Below are positions 48,966 to 62,200 of a stretch of 64,000 nucleotides of DNA, one piece after another. Source of the DNA: Utricularia gibba (lineage: Eukaryota > Plantae > Magnoliophyta); NCBI GenBank assembly GCA_002189035.1, contig CM007989.1, positions 1,984,001-2,048,000 on the forward strand, given 5' to 3'. Each line of letters opens with the position of its first letter. Within the stretch, counting starts at the first letter, position 1. Made by a program: the position numbers and the translations under genes. The notes beneath the pieces are model-generated. The model did no database searches. It was not told the origin of the DNA and worked only from the letters and a program-made list of their open reading frames with translations.

Positions 48966-49220
48966 AAAGAAGACTGCTTTTCTTGCAAGGTGAAGTTTCA
49001 ACAGAAAAATGACAGTTGAGAAGAACTCCAAGAGCCTTTCCTGATTGATAATACTCCATGGACGCTACGGTTCAGTATTTGTGCTAAAACTTGATGGATG
49101 ATACAGCAACTAACTCTCACGAGCTCACTACTGCTCCCTGAATGATTCTTCAATGGAATGTGGCATTCTTCTACAGCCAGTTCTCTTGGAACTGCAAATC
49201 CATGGTCAAAGCAGAGAGCA

Positions 49221-52200
49221 TCAAATACCAGTGATGTACAAGCTTGCAGCGAAAACTACATCTCTCTTTATTGAATTAGAGGCAGCTTCCATCTTCTTGT
49301 AGAGTGCAGGATTACCCATGATCGCTGCGGCATTTCTAAACTCACGGCATGTTTCGTCCAACCTCATTATCGTTCGAACAATCATCCCTTCAGACACATC
49401 AGTCAGTTCGCATATGTCTGCAAATGGAGTCCCCTGCAAATTTACAACACCAGGGGTTTAGATTCTGTTTTCAGTGAGAAAATGGTCACTCTGAGTTTCA
49501 AAAAGTAGACCTTTGCCCATTCATAAACGACTTCAACAAGGCCAAACTTGAGGTTCTCCTGTGCATAATCCTGAGGGACAACTTGGAGGTTGAACTTCGC
49601 CTGTAGTTCTCCCAGTCGTATAGCTGAATCATACAATCTGAAACTCCAAAGATAATTGAAGAGTGGGATGTGAGAAATGATCATAGGGATGAGCTAATGG
49701 GGGAACAAAAAACAAGATCTATACGCAAGACTGGTTACCTCTTTTTGGCTTGAGACAACCTTGGAGTAAGAGAAGGTTCAGAAGCGTTCTTCTGCTGAAA
49801 GACAAAGGCAGACATTATAGCAACTGCTTCTTCTGGTTCTAGATCATTAAACTGATTCTCGAACAAGCACTCCGTGCATATCAGCTCCTCTCCGGAATTC
49901 ATTTCACAGGCAACACGTCCTTTGATTTGAACAATCAGATCACTATCTATGCATCCAATCTCCTTTAAAACATCGATCTGCAATGATCAGCCATTTCCAG
50001 ACAGAACATCAGTTAGCATCCGGGTAACAAAGCCTGGGATGTCTTTCTCTACTATTTACCCAAGCAGAATATTCGGTCAACATACCCGACCCTGAAATTC
50101 TGGCATCTGCTGAAGTGCCTCATCTGACATCTGAAATTTGAGAGTGTCCACTTCATCTTTATGCTTCTTCAACTCCTGAGCTAATTTCAAGTGTTCCTCA
50201 AGTTTGATGCAACCACTGCACTTGCTTTGCGACATCTTCTGCAACAAGTAAGTCAACTTATGGTAGGCCTCAACAACCTTGCTGTCCTTTAATTTCAAAT
50301 CTGCCAAGATGTTTTGGTGAATCATAAGCATTCAGAAATTGAGCATGTATATTGTGACTTGAAGAGCTGCAGCAGAAGCAGAATCCAAGTCTTAACATAG
50401 AATGAAAATTTATTAAGCAAGCCCATAGAAACATATTGAAGCACAGGATCAGCGATTCTAATTATTGATAGAAGCATCCACTCCTTTGAAGTGTTGCGAA
50501 GAGAACATGACCCCAGACCCACAACAGTTCAGTGAATACCTTTTAGTGGATCTAAAGCTGCTGGGTATTTATTACCATCTGGTTTTAGCTTCAATAGTTG
50601 CTGCACCACTTGTGAGAAGGCACCAGCACTAACATCTTCAAGAAGCCGACCCTGGTCTACTTTTATTGTGGAAGCACATATAGATAAAAACTCAGTGCTT
50701 GGGGTCCCTCTCACCTCATAACTCATACCAGCCACGGAACCATAGTGAGGCAAGTCTAAATTGACAACACCAGTTCTTTTGCGGGATCTGCCTGATGAGA
50801 AATATTCCTCATCCATTCCGCGTTTCGATTTTGGAACTAACACTTGGAAATCAATCGCTTTTGTATCTCTAATTTCAGAAGGAGCTTTGGCAACAGGAGT
50901 CCCCGGGGTCAGCACCAGCACTATATATTGCTTATAATTAGCAGGTGGTGCTTTCACAATAACGCCTAGTAAATGATCTTGGGCCTGCAACATTATTCAA
51001 AAAGGTATATGATTTAATGCAGAGAGCGCTGTAATGAATGATAATGGAAAACTCAAGGACATCAAAGACATCAGCTTCAACACAAAGCTCCTGGATATTT
51101 TTTAAAGACATGATTGAATGCAGAAAACGCTCTAAGGCATCAATCAACATAAAGCTCAACTAAAAATCATCTACTGCACATTGCTATATCTGACCATCCT
51201 CTTTCCATCTGCACAGTGCATGTATAAAAATGTGAAAATTACCCGAACCTACATGTTTTGCAGACAGAAACTTTGACCAAGGAACATAGTAAGTATTTTA
51301 AAGCAAGACTCTGATTGTACGCAAACAAGGAAATAAAAGCAAATCATGTCCAGCATAAGCAGTGTGCCTGACATGTTCATGCATAACTCACCGAATTAGA
51401 TTTCACAACCACCACTCTTCCCGGAGTTAGGTAATGATGTGCAGCAGGAGACAGCATGACAGCTTCACTGATAATTCTTCTCAAGTTTTCTGCTTCTGCA
51501 TGTAACTCATAATATTCCTCAATCGCTGGTTCACCTTTTATGCACCTAAAGAACATTACGAAATAACTTATCATTAGCCTGCTATACATAGTAAGAGTTT
51601 AAAGCCAGGGGAATTGGAGACAGCAGCAGGACAGGGAGATTTCAGCAATTCGTAGTGTGGAGGATTCCAGTGAAATATGGTATATACAAGAGATTACTTC
51701 AACGACTGGATCACTGCACCAAAAACGTACAAGACCGCTGGAATGTTTTAAAAGAAACAGTTCCAAAAAAAAAACATTCATCCAAATAGTCATCAAGGTT
51801 TTAGCAAGATAGATGTGGAAAGTTTTTCATAACTTATCAGTATCTGTCACATCAAACATCTGTCAAAACTATGGTATTGCGTACACTATCCTAATGCCAA
51901 GGCATTTATCCGTGCAATGAAAGAAAAGTGACAAGATAGTTGCAATGAGAGCATCCAAAAATTCGTCATTTTCGTTGCACAGGATACAAAAGCAAACTGA
52001 AATATGTAATAAAATATCCATGCCAGTATGGTCTTCCAAAGAATAGCAAGGTATGTAAATTAAAAAAAAAGGACAAGTTATGAAATCTAAAAATGAAAAG
52101 TTACAACTTCCACAGCATGAAGAACAATCACTTGAAATACTTTCACATAGAAGCAAAAAGACTTGTGCATGCTTTTGGTACAGAATACGCTTACTCAATA

Positions 52201-55200
52201 ACTTGTGTCTGTAGCGCAAGCTTCCGCATTAAAAGCTGTTGCTTCTCTGGGAGTTTCTTTTGTGAATGAAATTCAGCAAAACTCCTTTTCAGCATATCTT
52301 CCACCTGCAGGTGTGCTTCTCAGGATTTCAGATTATCAGATATCAAAATTCCACATAAAGCTGCTTTTCCTGATGGATTCATACCTTCAATTCTTCTACA
52401 CGAAACAGATGCAAAATCATGATGTATGTGAGGCGAAACTGAGATTCTAGCCTAGTTGCAGTACCAACCATAACATGGTTCAAATCCTTTTCATCAGGAA
52501 TTTCGTCACGGCACAGCACAACTACAGTGCCAATCTTGTCAAGCCCCCGCCTGCCAGCACGACCAGCCATCTGCGTATATTCCCCAGGAAGTAACTGCCG
52601 AAATTCTTTTCCATCAAACTTCCTCAACGAATCAAACACAACCTGGAAAATAGTACAGGAAAATCAAACACATTAACACTAAATAGGATATCGATAAAGC
52701 TGAACCATGGAGACATTCAAAAAATTGAGATGCTAGCTGCAGGGTCCCTGGAGATTGCAGTAGAGTTAAACTAACCAACATATTAATGTCCAAGCACATG
52801 ATAATTTCCCTCCATGTATATGGTAATGGAACACATGCAAGGCATTGAAACAAATGGTGTAAATTCTAGATGAAATGGCCGTTAAACATTGTGCCAGGGC
52901 TAGGAATGTTGCCGAACCTCACAATGACCCATCCGAAAATTGAATACAAGCCTTGTCTTGGTTTGCAAAAAGAAATACTAGGTATATATCTGTAGCCTAA
53001 AAGAAAATTTGAAAAGTGGAGGGCCACGACGACCCTTTAACATAGTCTAAAAAAAATCAATTGAATCAGGAAAAACGACTTTTTCATCAATTGTCTATAA
53101 AACCCAGTTTTCCCAATGAACAATATAAAAAGTTTCTCTAGGTCTAGGAAGTGAGAGGTGGTGTTTAAATTTCCCACAAATCTTTTTCCATAATGGACTA
53201 ATAATTAAGAACATGCATGCAAATTCAAAGATATCAATGCAACAGATATTTTGGATTGTTTTCGCAACTTACTGTCCTAGCTGGAGCATTAACTCCCATT
53301 GCAAATGTCTCAGTTGAAAAGAGAACCTAAACACATCCAAAGCAAACAAGGATTACATCATTCATATGCAGAAACTATTTTTACATGTAAATTCAGCACA
53401 TATGATGATAATCAAAGAAGTAATGATTATGCTATGAACATAATAATAAACGTTTTACTTAAACTAATTCACCTTAATAACTCCTCGACAGAAAAGCATT
53501 TCAACAACTTCCTTGACAATTGGAAGTAATCCTGCATGATGTACTCCAATTCCTCTATGAAGTAAGCCTTGAACCCTCACAACCTGCAAGCATATAATAG
53601 TCAAACTCAAGCCTCATAGTAAATCTCCATACCCAAATTAAATTTGACACCTGTGGAAGATTTCTATCAGATCCTTTCAGCCGTGAAAAAGCTTTATCAC
53701 AAAAAACTCGAATTTCACTTTTTTCAGAACTTGTTGTGAGGTCAGTCCCAGACAAGTTATCAGCAGACTTATCACATCGGTTTTTAGAAAAGCAGAATAT
53801 GACTACCTGAAAAGAAAAAAAAAACATAGTCAGGTTTTTGATTTCCACAAACAATTCAACATATAAGTAAAAATAGTATCAAGCGAAAGCATGAAAAAGT
53901 ACAAATTCATCACAGAAAATCCACTCATGCGTGAAATTGCGTCACTAATAAACAAATTAGTTATTGGAAATTGCTCCAACGGAATGAACGAGTGCATGGA
54001 AATGACTTTTTAGCATACTGGTAAAAGCGATCCCTTTGAAAGCTTATGAATCAGAGACATCCATACAGACGCTTCAGACCTCCAAGATCCCCAACTGTCA
54101 CTAGCACTTGTTTGATTTCCAAGATTAGTTCCATAGAGGTTCAATGCCTTTTGGGATCTGGACTGCTTATGCTTAGCATGATGAGAGTTTTCTTCTTTTG
54201 CACCAAACCTTCCAGAGGCAGCAGGTGAAACAGAATGAGATCCAGAGCTAGATACAATAGAAACCTTTTTCTTGTGAAAATCCTTAGCTGCCTTTAGCCC
54301 CTGGGGAATGATCTTCTCACTTTCGCAGACCTTATAAAGTTCTCCGGAATAGAAAAGGAAGTGCTCCAAGGGTACTGGTCTTATAGTAGTCCTGAGTTTT
54401 AATTTGAGAAAATATATGAGGTGACTAAGAACACGACAAGAAAGAAGATATGGATTTCTTCCTCACTATCTACCAGTGTACAACTAATGTTTGAAGGCGT
54501 TTGACAACTGTTTAACTAGGCTCTTAACATTATATCTACTAGAAAAAATGATTTCGGAGAGTTAGTTAACTGAGACTTGCAAGATTAAAAAAGCAATTAT
54601 CTTGGCGCACTATATTTGCAAGATTAACCATCATCTCCCCTTCCCACATTAAAAAATGTAAAACAGCTTTTGGGGGGCTGGGATAATATACGTTCAACAA
54701 AAACATCAATATACCCCGTGACATAGATTTGCTTTTGTTTTGTCCTACCGATCCAATCTGCAAACTCAGTTTTGTTCGGTACCTAAAGGACATACAGGAA
54801 TGAGTATTTTACCAGGAAGTGCAAACAACCAGAAAGAAAAAAGGAAAAATATAAAATAAAAGAAGCAGGTTTGATAGAAGGAAAATACTAAAACGGATTG
54901 TGGTTCACAAAAGTTAACAGCCTTACTAGCATGCTGCTTAAAGTATCATTGTATAGGAATAATGAATCATCCCAAGCTACACAGGTATACGAGTCAGAAT
55001 CATACAATGACATGCATTATATGTGAAATATAGCATCCCACCAAATTAATGCTAGCAAACCTATTAACTACAGCATATATTATCCTTCAGAATATGCTTC
55101 ATTACCAACAATGACAATCAGGGGGTGCTTGAGTTTCAATATTATTCGAAGTAGGTTAGTAACGAACTGATTATATGTGCCTTGGAATGTGAATACTCTA

Positions 55201-58200
55201 ACTATAGCATATATTATCCTCAGCGCCAATATTTCCAATAAAAAATCTGCTAATGAAATAAAACTTCTCCTTACATCAACACCATGAAAGAGAACTATAC
55301 AATATGGAGATGTAATGAATAAAAAAAACTCCATAGGGATACATACAGTGGCTGAAAGTAGGATAAAGTTGATGTGCCGAGGAAGCATGATGATAACTTC
55401 TTCCCAAACCACACCTCTTTCAACATCATTAACATAGTGCACTTCATCAAATATAACCTAATTTTCCATGAATAATCTGAGTAAGGAGTTATCACCTCAG
55501 AATGAGACAGAAGCCGGAAAATACTAGCACCAACAAGAAAGCCTCACCCATTCTATATCTCTTATGATATCTGCACCCTTGTACAGCATTGACCTTAATA
55601 TTTCAGTGGTCATAATGAGGCAAGAGGCCTCAGGCCTCAGACTGACATCACCAGTCAGGAGACCAACATCAAATTTCCCACAAAAATCTCGATACTTTTG
55701 ATTGCTAATGGTCTTGATAGGCGCAGTATACACAGCCCTCGTGCAGTGCTGGACATGTCAAAAGCATAATAAATTACTTTTCCCCAAGAATCTTAGCCAC
55801 AATAAACGTATACCAAATTGAATAATAATTAAAAATAAATATTTCAACTGGATGGTGAAAGGAGGTTCTTAGAATGTTCAATGAAAGCCATATGACAGAA
55901 TAAGTATATGAGGGTAAAAAAAATAAAACCACAACAACTTACCTTAGTAGCAAGAGCAAATGCATATTCTGCAACGACTGTTTTTCCTGCAGAGGTATGA
56001 GCAGCAACAAAGACAGAATCTCCTCTTTCCAGATAATATATGGCCTATATTGTAAAAATTCTTCATAAATCATAACAAGGTATGTCATCTATAGCTCTTG
56101 GAATATCTGAGCCACACTAACAAAATTCTTTCCTAGCATCATCCAAAGTTCATGCGATATATACAAATGATAAAAAAAATAGATCATGCCATCTTATGAA
56201 TATGGAATATCCGCCTCATGACAGAAAGAAAGCATTTATGCATGGTAACTTAAATTCCATTTTTGTCACAGATCAACGCTATTAACAACTTAAAAAATTA
56301 TAAATACCTCCTTCTGGAAAGGATCGAGTTCAAAAGGAAAATTAAGAGCCATATCAGGAACAAGTTCATGAAACCTCTCCACGATGTCTTCAGTGCTACC
56401 ACTACGAACCCAACCCTGAAAGAGAACTTAGTAAGAATCACAACTCCTCCACAATGGCTGGATAAGCTCTGGGAAATGTTATAGTTACTAACAATATCAA
56501 ATGACTCTGTATCATGAAACCATAACCTGCTTTGGCTGTAATCCTGGCATTGGTTTTTCTAAAACCTCATCTAGAATAGATGATTCTCCTTTGCTCGTGT
56601 TACCAAGTGCAAGTTTCTCATCCTCAGTTTGTAACTGAACAGATACGTTGGCAGGCTCTGGCAGAATGTCCAACTCTATGCCACCGCCGGATAAGAAAAT
56701 GTAATATCAGCACTAACGGGAACAGAAGAAGCTTAATAACTAAATGGTAACAAAACAATTTTGCAAAAACTTCAACTATTAGAACTTAAGATTTTTTTTT
56801 CCTGATCAATTTGAACGGCTGGGTCAAACATTGAACTGGTATCTAGAATCAATGTACTATCCCACAGTGATTAGACCTCTCAAATTGTTCATGGAATCAT
56901 CTTCCCAAGCTTTCTTGAACAAGTCATCAAACTGCAGCGATAGTTCATTCTGCATATGAATTGATTAAAAAATAAAAATAATGTTGGGGTATGATTAACA
57001 GTTTATATCTTGTATTCACAATGTAATGAGAAAGAAACTACATATCACCAGCTTTTCCTTGGATGTGCAGGTCTTTGTGCTTGGCATATGCACGTTCCAC
57101 TCGAACGAATGTTTCTTCATACATTTGGATGACAAAGTCACACGAATAAACATAGGAAGAAAGTCAAAACATAGTGCAATCACTTATTCCAATAGATTCC
57201 CGGTTGAGAATTACCTCTAGCTGACCTAGAGACAATCCATCTCGAAAACCTGGGCTAGTTCTTGTGGCTTAGCGCCATGCAAAAGTTCGTATGACCATTC
57301 ACCATTAGATGCACCATCAGGAAGTATTTTCCTAAGAGAAGCAGAATCTTCTAATCCTCCAGGACGAAAAGGACTGTTTGTTAGGCTACCTCTGACAAAA
57401 TCCTTGGAAGGTACAGTGCTACGTGGCAAAGCACTAGAATCCTCGAGTTCCAGCAAATTCACCTGCATAATGCGAACACTCTTTCACAAAGAAAAATCGA
57501 GAGCATGTATATAAGGTCATTAGACATGTGTTATCCCGGAAAAGAGCCCCAGTTTGCATCTTCATGATGTATTGCTTATTTAAGACTTCATGCCAAAAAT
57601 CTTAGAACAGTGACTGTTTTTAATTCACAACGAACCAGCAGCAAAATGCTAATAGCATACAATCTTACAATTTACTAGTCCTATGGGAAAAAGAAGATTG
57701 CAGTACCTCTATGGATTTTGGTTCCCATCTTTCCAGATTTTTTGCAAGTTTCTTACGCCTGGAAGGAATTTCCCAAGAGGGAACAACAGTAGACCAGGGA
57801 ACTGATGGTTCCAACTGAATCTTGGCCATTCCAAACCAATCAAATTCCCATTGTTTACCTGCTTTTTGTGGAGAAAAAATATCTTCATCCAAGCTTGGCA
57901 TTAAGTACTTATCCTTAATGTATCCCTCTATTGCATCCGGTGTCTCCTCCGGGAACGCCGGCGGCTACTCCAATATAAAAATAAATATAAGATTCAAATC
58001 ATAAATTAACCACACATCGGAGAAAAAAATAAATCACTGTTCACATAATAATCCCGTCCCAAGAAACACTGCCGCTCCCTGTAACTGACATTCAGATAAC
58101 AGCCCGAATAGAACATTTGACAGCACAAAAGAAGAACCCACAAGGATAAAATCAGGGAGAGAGTGAAGAGGCCTAGGGCTTTCCACCGGCGGAAGAGGGT

Positions 58201-58276
58201 CAATCTTCACATGGCCATCATGACCGGTGAACATGACCCTGAAGGAAAGCTCCCTCGCTGCCGGAATCTGGTCCAT
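49221..58276 (-). CDS. SKI2: SKI2 DExH-box RNA helicase, about 20 exons; apparent -1 frameshift at 57252-57254
   Basis: N-terminal [72 protein letters not shown], ends [16 protein letters not shown]. Confidence 0.96.
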
Positions 58277-58917
58277 ATATCCTTTCTGCACTACACCTCA
58301 AGCCCTCGAGCCAGCAACACTCTCAATACTCTCCCGCATAAAGACAGATTCTTCGCCGGAAAGCCACACAAGTCACTAGAATGCGCGGGGAACCTCAACG
58401 CAGCGCCTTACTGGTTAACGGTTATTTATGAGCACGATTGCTGAATGGTGCTAAAAAAATTCATTTCATTTTGATATCATTTTTGCTCCCTCATTTCCAA
58501 AATAAAAACTTTATTTTTTATTCTCAAAATGAAAATTAATAATTCTATAAAATATAATTATTTCTCATTTTTCAGAATAAAAATATAAAATTATGTTTTA
58601 AAAAATAATCATTTTATTCTAATAATGAACTGAGGGATAGAACTGTAAATTTTGAAAGCATTATTCACACAAATGGATGAAGTATGGAAAGAAAAATTAT
58701 GATTTTTTTATAAAGTAAACTTTTGGAGAAAGGAAAAATATGTATCAAATGAGACTTAGCCGCGTTAATTTACAAAAATGAGCATCACATCAGCTTTAGT
58801 ATTCTTTTTATTTTAATATATGAAGAGCAAAAAATATATCATTTTATTTAGAATAATATTAATTTTATTTTAATATATAAAAAATAAAACAATATATCAT
58901 TTTATTTAGAACGAGGT

Positions 58918-58964
58918 AGAGAGAGAGAGAGAGAGAGAGAAAGGGGGGCTCTCTCTCCTCTCCC
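58918..58964. repeat. (AG)n tract followed by a CT-rich tract in SKI2/DUF632 divergent promoter
   Basis: AG repeat 58918-58940, then CTCTCTCTCCTCTCCC at 58949-58964. Confidence 0.85.
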
Positions 58965-59238
58965 TTCCAACTCAAACGAGACACGTCTTCGGTCGCACTC
59001 ACTGTGACCGACGATTCATTTCCAACTCCGAATCTCAGCCGTTGAAAGGACCGAACGCGGGATGGGATTGAATTACTTTGAAAAATTTTAATGCTGAAAA
59101 AACCGTGGTCTTTCGTTTCCCTTTCGTCGTCTCTCTCCCTCGCCTGTAATTCTGCAGCGACACTCCGGCGGCGGTACCCAAGCCTCATCGGTCGCTTCTC
59201 TGCCGTTATCTTTATTGCCTGTTTTGTTCTTTGCTGCC

Positions 59239-62200
59239 ATGGGATGCGTTCATTCCAAGCACGAAGAGTCTCCAGCGGTGCTCTTATGCCGCGAGCGCTG
59301 TAAATACCTCGAGGAAGCCTTGCGGACCAGGGCTCTATTTGCAGAAGCTCATCTAGGTTATATTCAATCGCTCACAGAAGTTGGTCCCTCCTTGAACCGT
59401 TTCTTCGGTCAAGATCTAGAGGTTTCGAGTCACGCGCCTTCGTCCCCTGTTTTCCACGCCAAAGCCACTTCTCCGCCGCGGAAATCTCATCAGGGTTCTG
59501 ATTCAGGTCAACATATTAACTTCCACTCGGATGACTCCGAGGATGAAGACGACTCGGGTTCGGAGTCCCTTCATCATATCGACGGTGACTCACCGCTCTA
59601 CGGCGGATACGGCTACGGAATGCTTTACGAGAATATGAACATGAGCCGTCCTCATCCGGGAGCAGGTGGCGGGAGCTTTATGAATGTGAATTACATGAGA
59701 AATCAAGCTACGCCATCTGTAGTCTACACTCAGCGGCCAATGAATCCAGAAATTATGCAGTCTTATGTTCCCTATCCTTCGTCTTCCTCGTACTCTCCGT
59801 ATCCTAATCCTTATTCTGATTATGCTTCTTATGGTAATCCCCAGAGCGCCGCCGGTCCTTCGTATCCCGGCTACAATTACAACATTAATAACGGCGGATA
59901 CCCGGATCATCCCACATATGCTGGTCAAGGTATGATGCATTTTAGTACTTACTCCTCCCAGCCAACACCATATGGTGTCAATGTACCGTATCAATCATCG
60001 GTGCCTTCGACTTCAAAAGCTCCCCCACCTCCTCCGGAACCGTCGAATACGTTATCGTGGGATTTTCTAAACCCATTCGGCATCTTCGATAACTATTACC
60101 AATCTTACACACATCCCGGGATTCAAGGGAAGTAAGAGAAGCAGAGGGAATCCCTGATTTGGAGGATGATGATGAAGTAGTCAAGGAAGTTCATGGTCAA
60201 CAGAAATTCGTAGATGTTGGAAAAACTGGTTATTCTGGATCTGGTCTCCCTGATAAGAAAGTGCGAGCAATGACTGAAGTTGAAAATGAGGTGAGACCTC
60301 CTGCAGGCGTGGAGAATGATACGGTGGAATATGATGTGCATGTAGTGGATAAAAAGGTTATTGGTGGTGAAGGGAACTCCAAAGATCGGGCCAAGGCATC
60401 TAATTTTAAGCAGCATGCTGGTTTTGTGGGTGATTTGGAAGTTCTGAAGGAGATTGAAGACCAGTTTGGGCGAGCTGCAGAATCTGGAACGGAACTTGCC
60501 AAGCTTCTTGAAACAGAAAGATTTCCACCCAGAAGGAAAACTGGGCTTACGCGGGGTAAAACATGATTTTTCTGTGTAAATTTGTTACCAATTCAACCTG
60601 ATGGCAGTGCATAATTCGTGGATTTTTCACTTGATACTCGGAAGAAATCTATTATATTTTTCATGTCTTTGGCATGCTTTAGCACGTGGTGTTGATTTTT
60701 TTGCTTTGTAATGGAGTGCTAGGCCCATTCAATTTTTCTAAAATAATCTAGTAAGATGAAGTTATTCTAGATTGATGGTAAGCTTGGTTTATATTTTTGG
60801 CAGTTTCTTCAAGGCTATTGAGTTTACCAATGGTTTCCTCACTTGCTACAACATCCAAAAGTTCTCTTGATTCTGATTCTATGATGTCCGAGATCAATCA
60901 AGAAGTACAGTTTAGGGCTAAAAAGCTCTCCTCTGTTTTGGATAAAGTGTACCTGTGGGAGAAAAAGCTCTACCAAGAAGTCAAGGTACTGTTCATTTCA
61001 AAAACTCTGGTTCTTTTCATCTCCTTCCACATCTTTTTTTGTGCCTGTTTCAATGTTGGAAAGAGCAGCTTCTCTACCCATTTAAATTGTAAGCGGGTGA
61101 ATAAAGTTCTCTCGCCAGAAAGTGTCCTCATGGTTGTTGCTAGAATACAGAGTGTTTTTATGATCAGAGAAATGCAGATACAGCAGTCCATTTCGTCTGA
61201 ACTTTTCTTTTTACAGAATGCAAGGTCTCCACATTCATATTCAAAAAAGGTCTTTTCTACATCACGGCCTTCCTTTTTGCAGATCGAGGAAAACTTGAGA
61301 GTTCTCCATGCGATAAAGATCAGAAAACTTGAACACTTGGATGACAAGGGTGCTGAGGCGAGCAAAATTCATGCAACAAAGGAGTTGTTGAGTAGCCTGG
61401 CCACCCGAAAACAAATGGCTTTTGAGATTGTTGATAAGATATCTGTTAAGATAAGTAACCTGAGAGATGAGGATTTGTGGCCCCGGCTGTATGAATTCCT
61501 TCAAGGGTACGTGGGTATTTCCTCTCTGCAAATTGCTGAATCATATGCGTTTCGTCTATGTTTGTTTTTTGTCTGGTATAGTCAATTCACCCATCATCGT
61601 GCCTAAATCCGTTTTAGTAACTCAAAACTTGTCTTAGGGGCCTGAATTTTGTTCATCTTTGCGCAATGCATGCTCTTCCCTGGCCTAACAAATCCCATTC
61701 GCTTGTGCTTTTCAAAGATGCGCTAGCTATGCTTATTCACCCTCCATAGAATTCATATTCTTTATGAAATTCCCGATTTGTGGCTAACATCACCCAACTC
61801 TGCCTTCATGACTAATGTTTCCAGGCTTGGTATAATGTGGAAGTCCATGCTCCAGTGCCATCGCAACCAGCGTCAAGCAATCGGAGAAGCCAAACGTCTG
61901 GATGCCATTGCAGTCCGAAAGTATCTCACGGATGACCATTTCGAATCCACCCGAAAACTCGAGCGTGATCTTATCAACTGGACACTGAGGTTTTCCGATT
62001 GGGTCAGTGCACAAAAGAGGTACGTTCGAGCAATGAGCAACTGGCTGGTGAAATGTCTCTTTTACGTTCCTGAGGAGACACCGGATGGAACAGTTCCATT
62101 CTCTCCCAGGAGGGTCGGTGCACCCCCTATCGTCGTCGTATGTTTCCACTGGTGCCAGTCTTTGGAGAGTGTATCTGAGAAAGGCGTTGTTGCCTCGATG

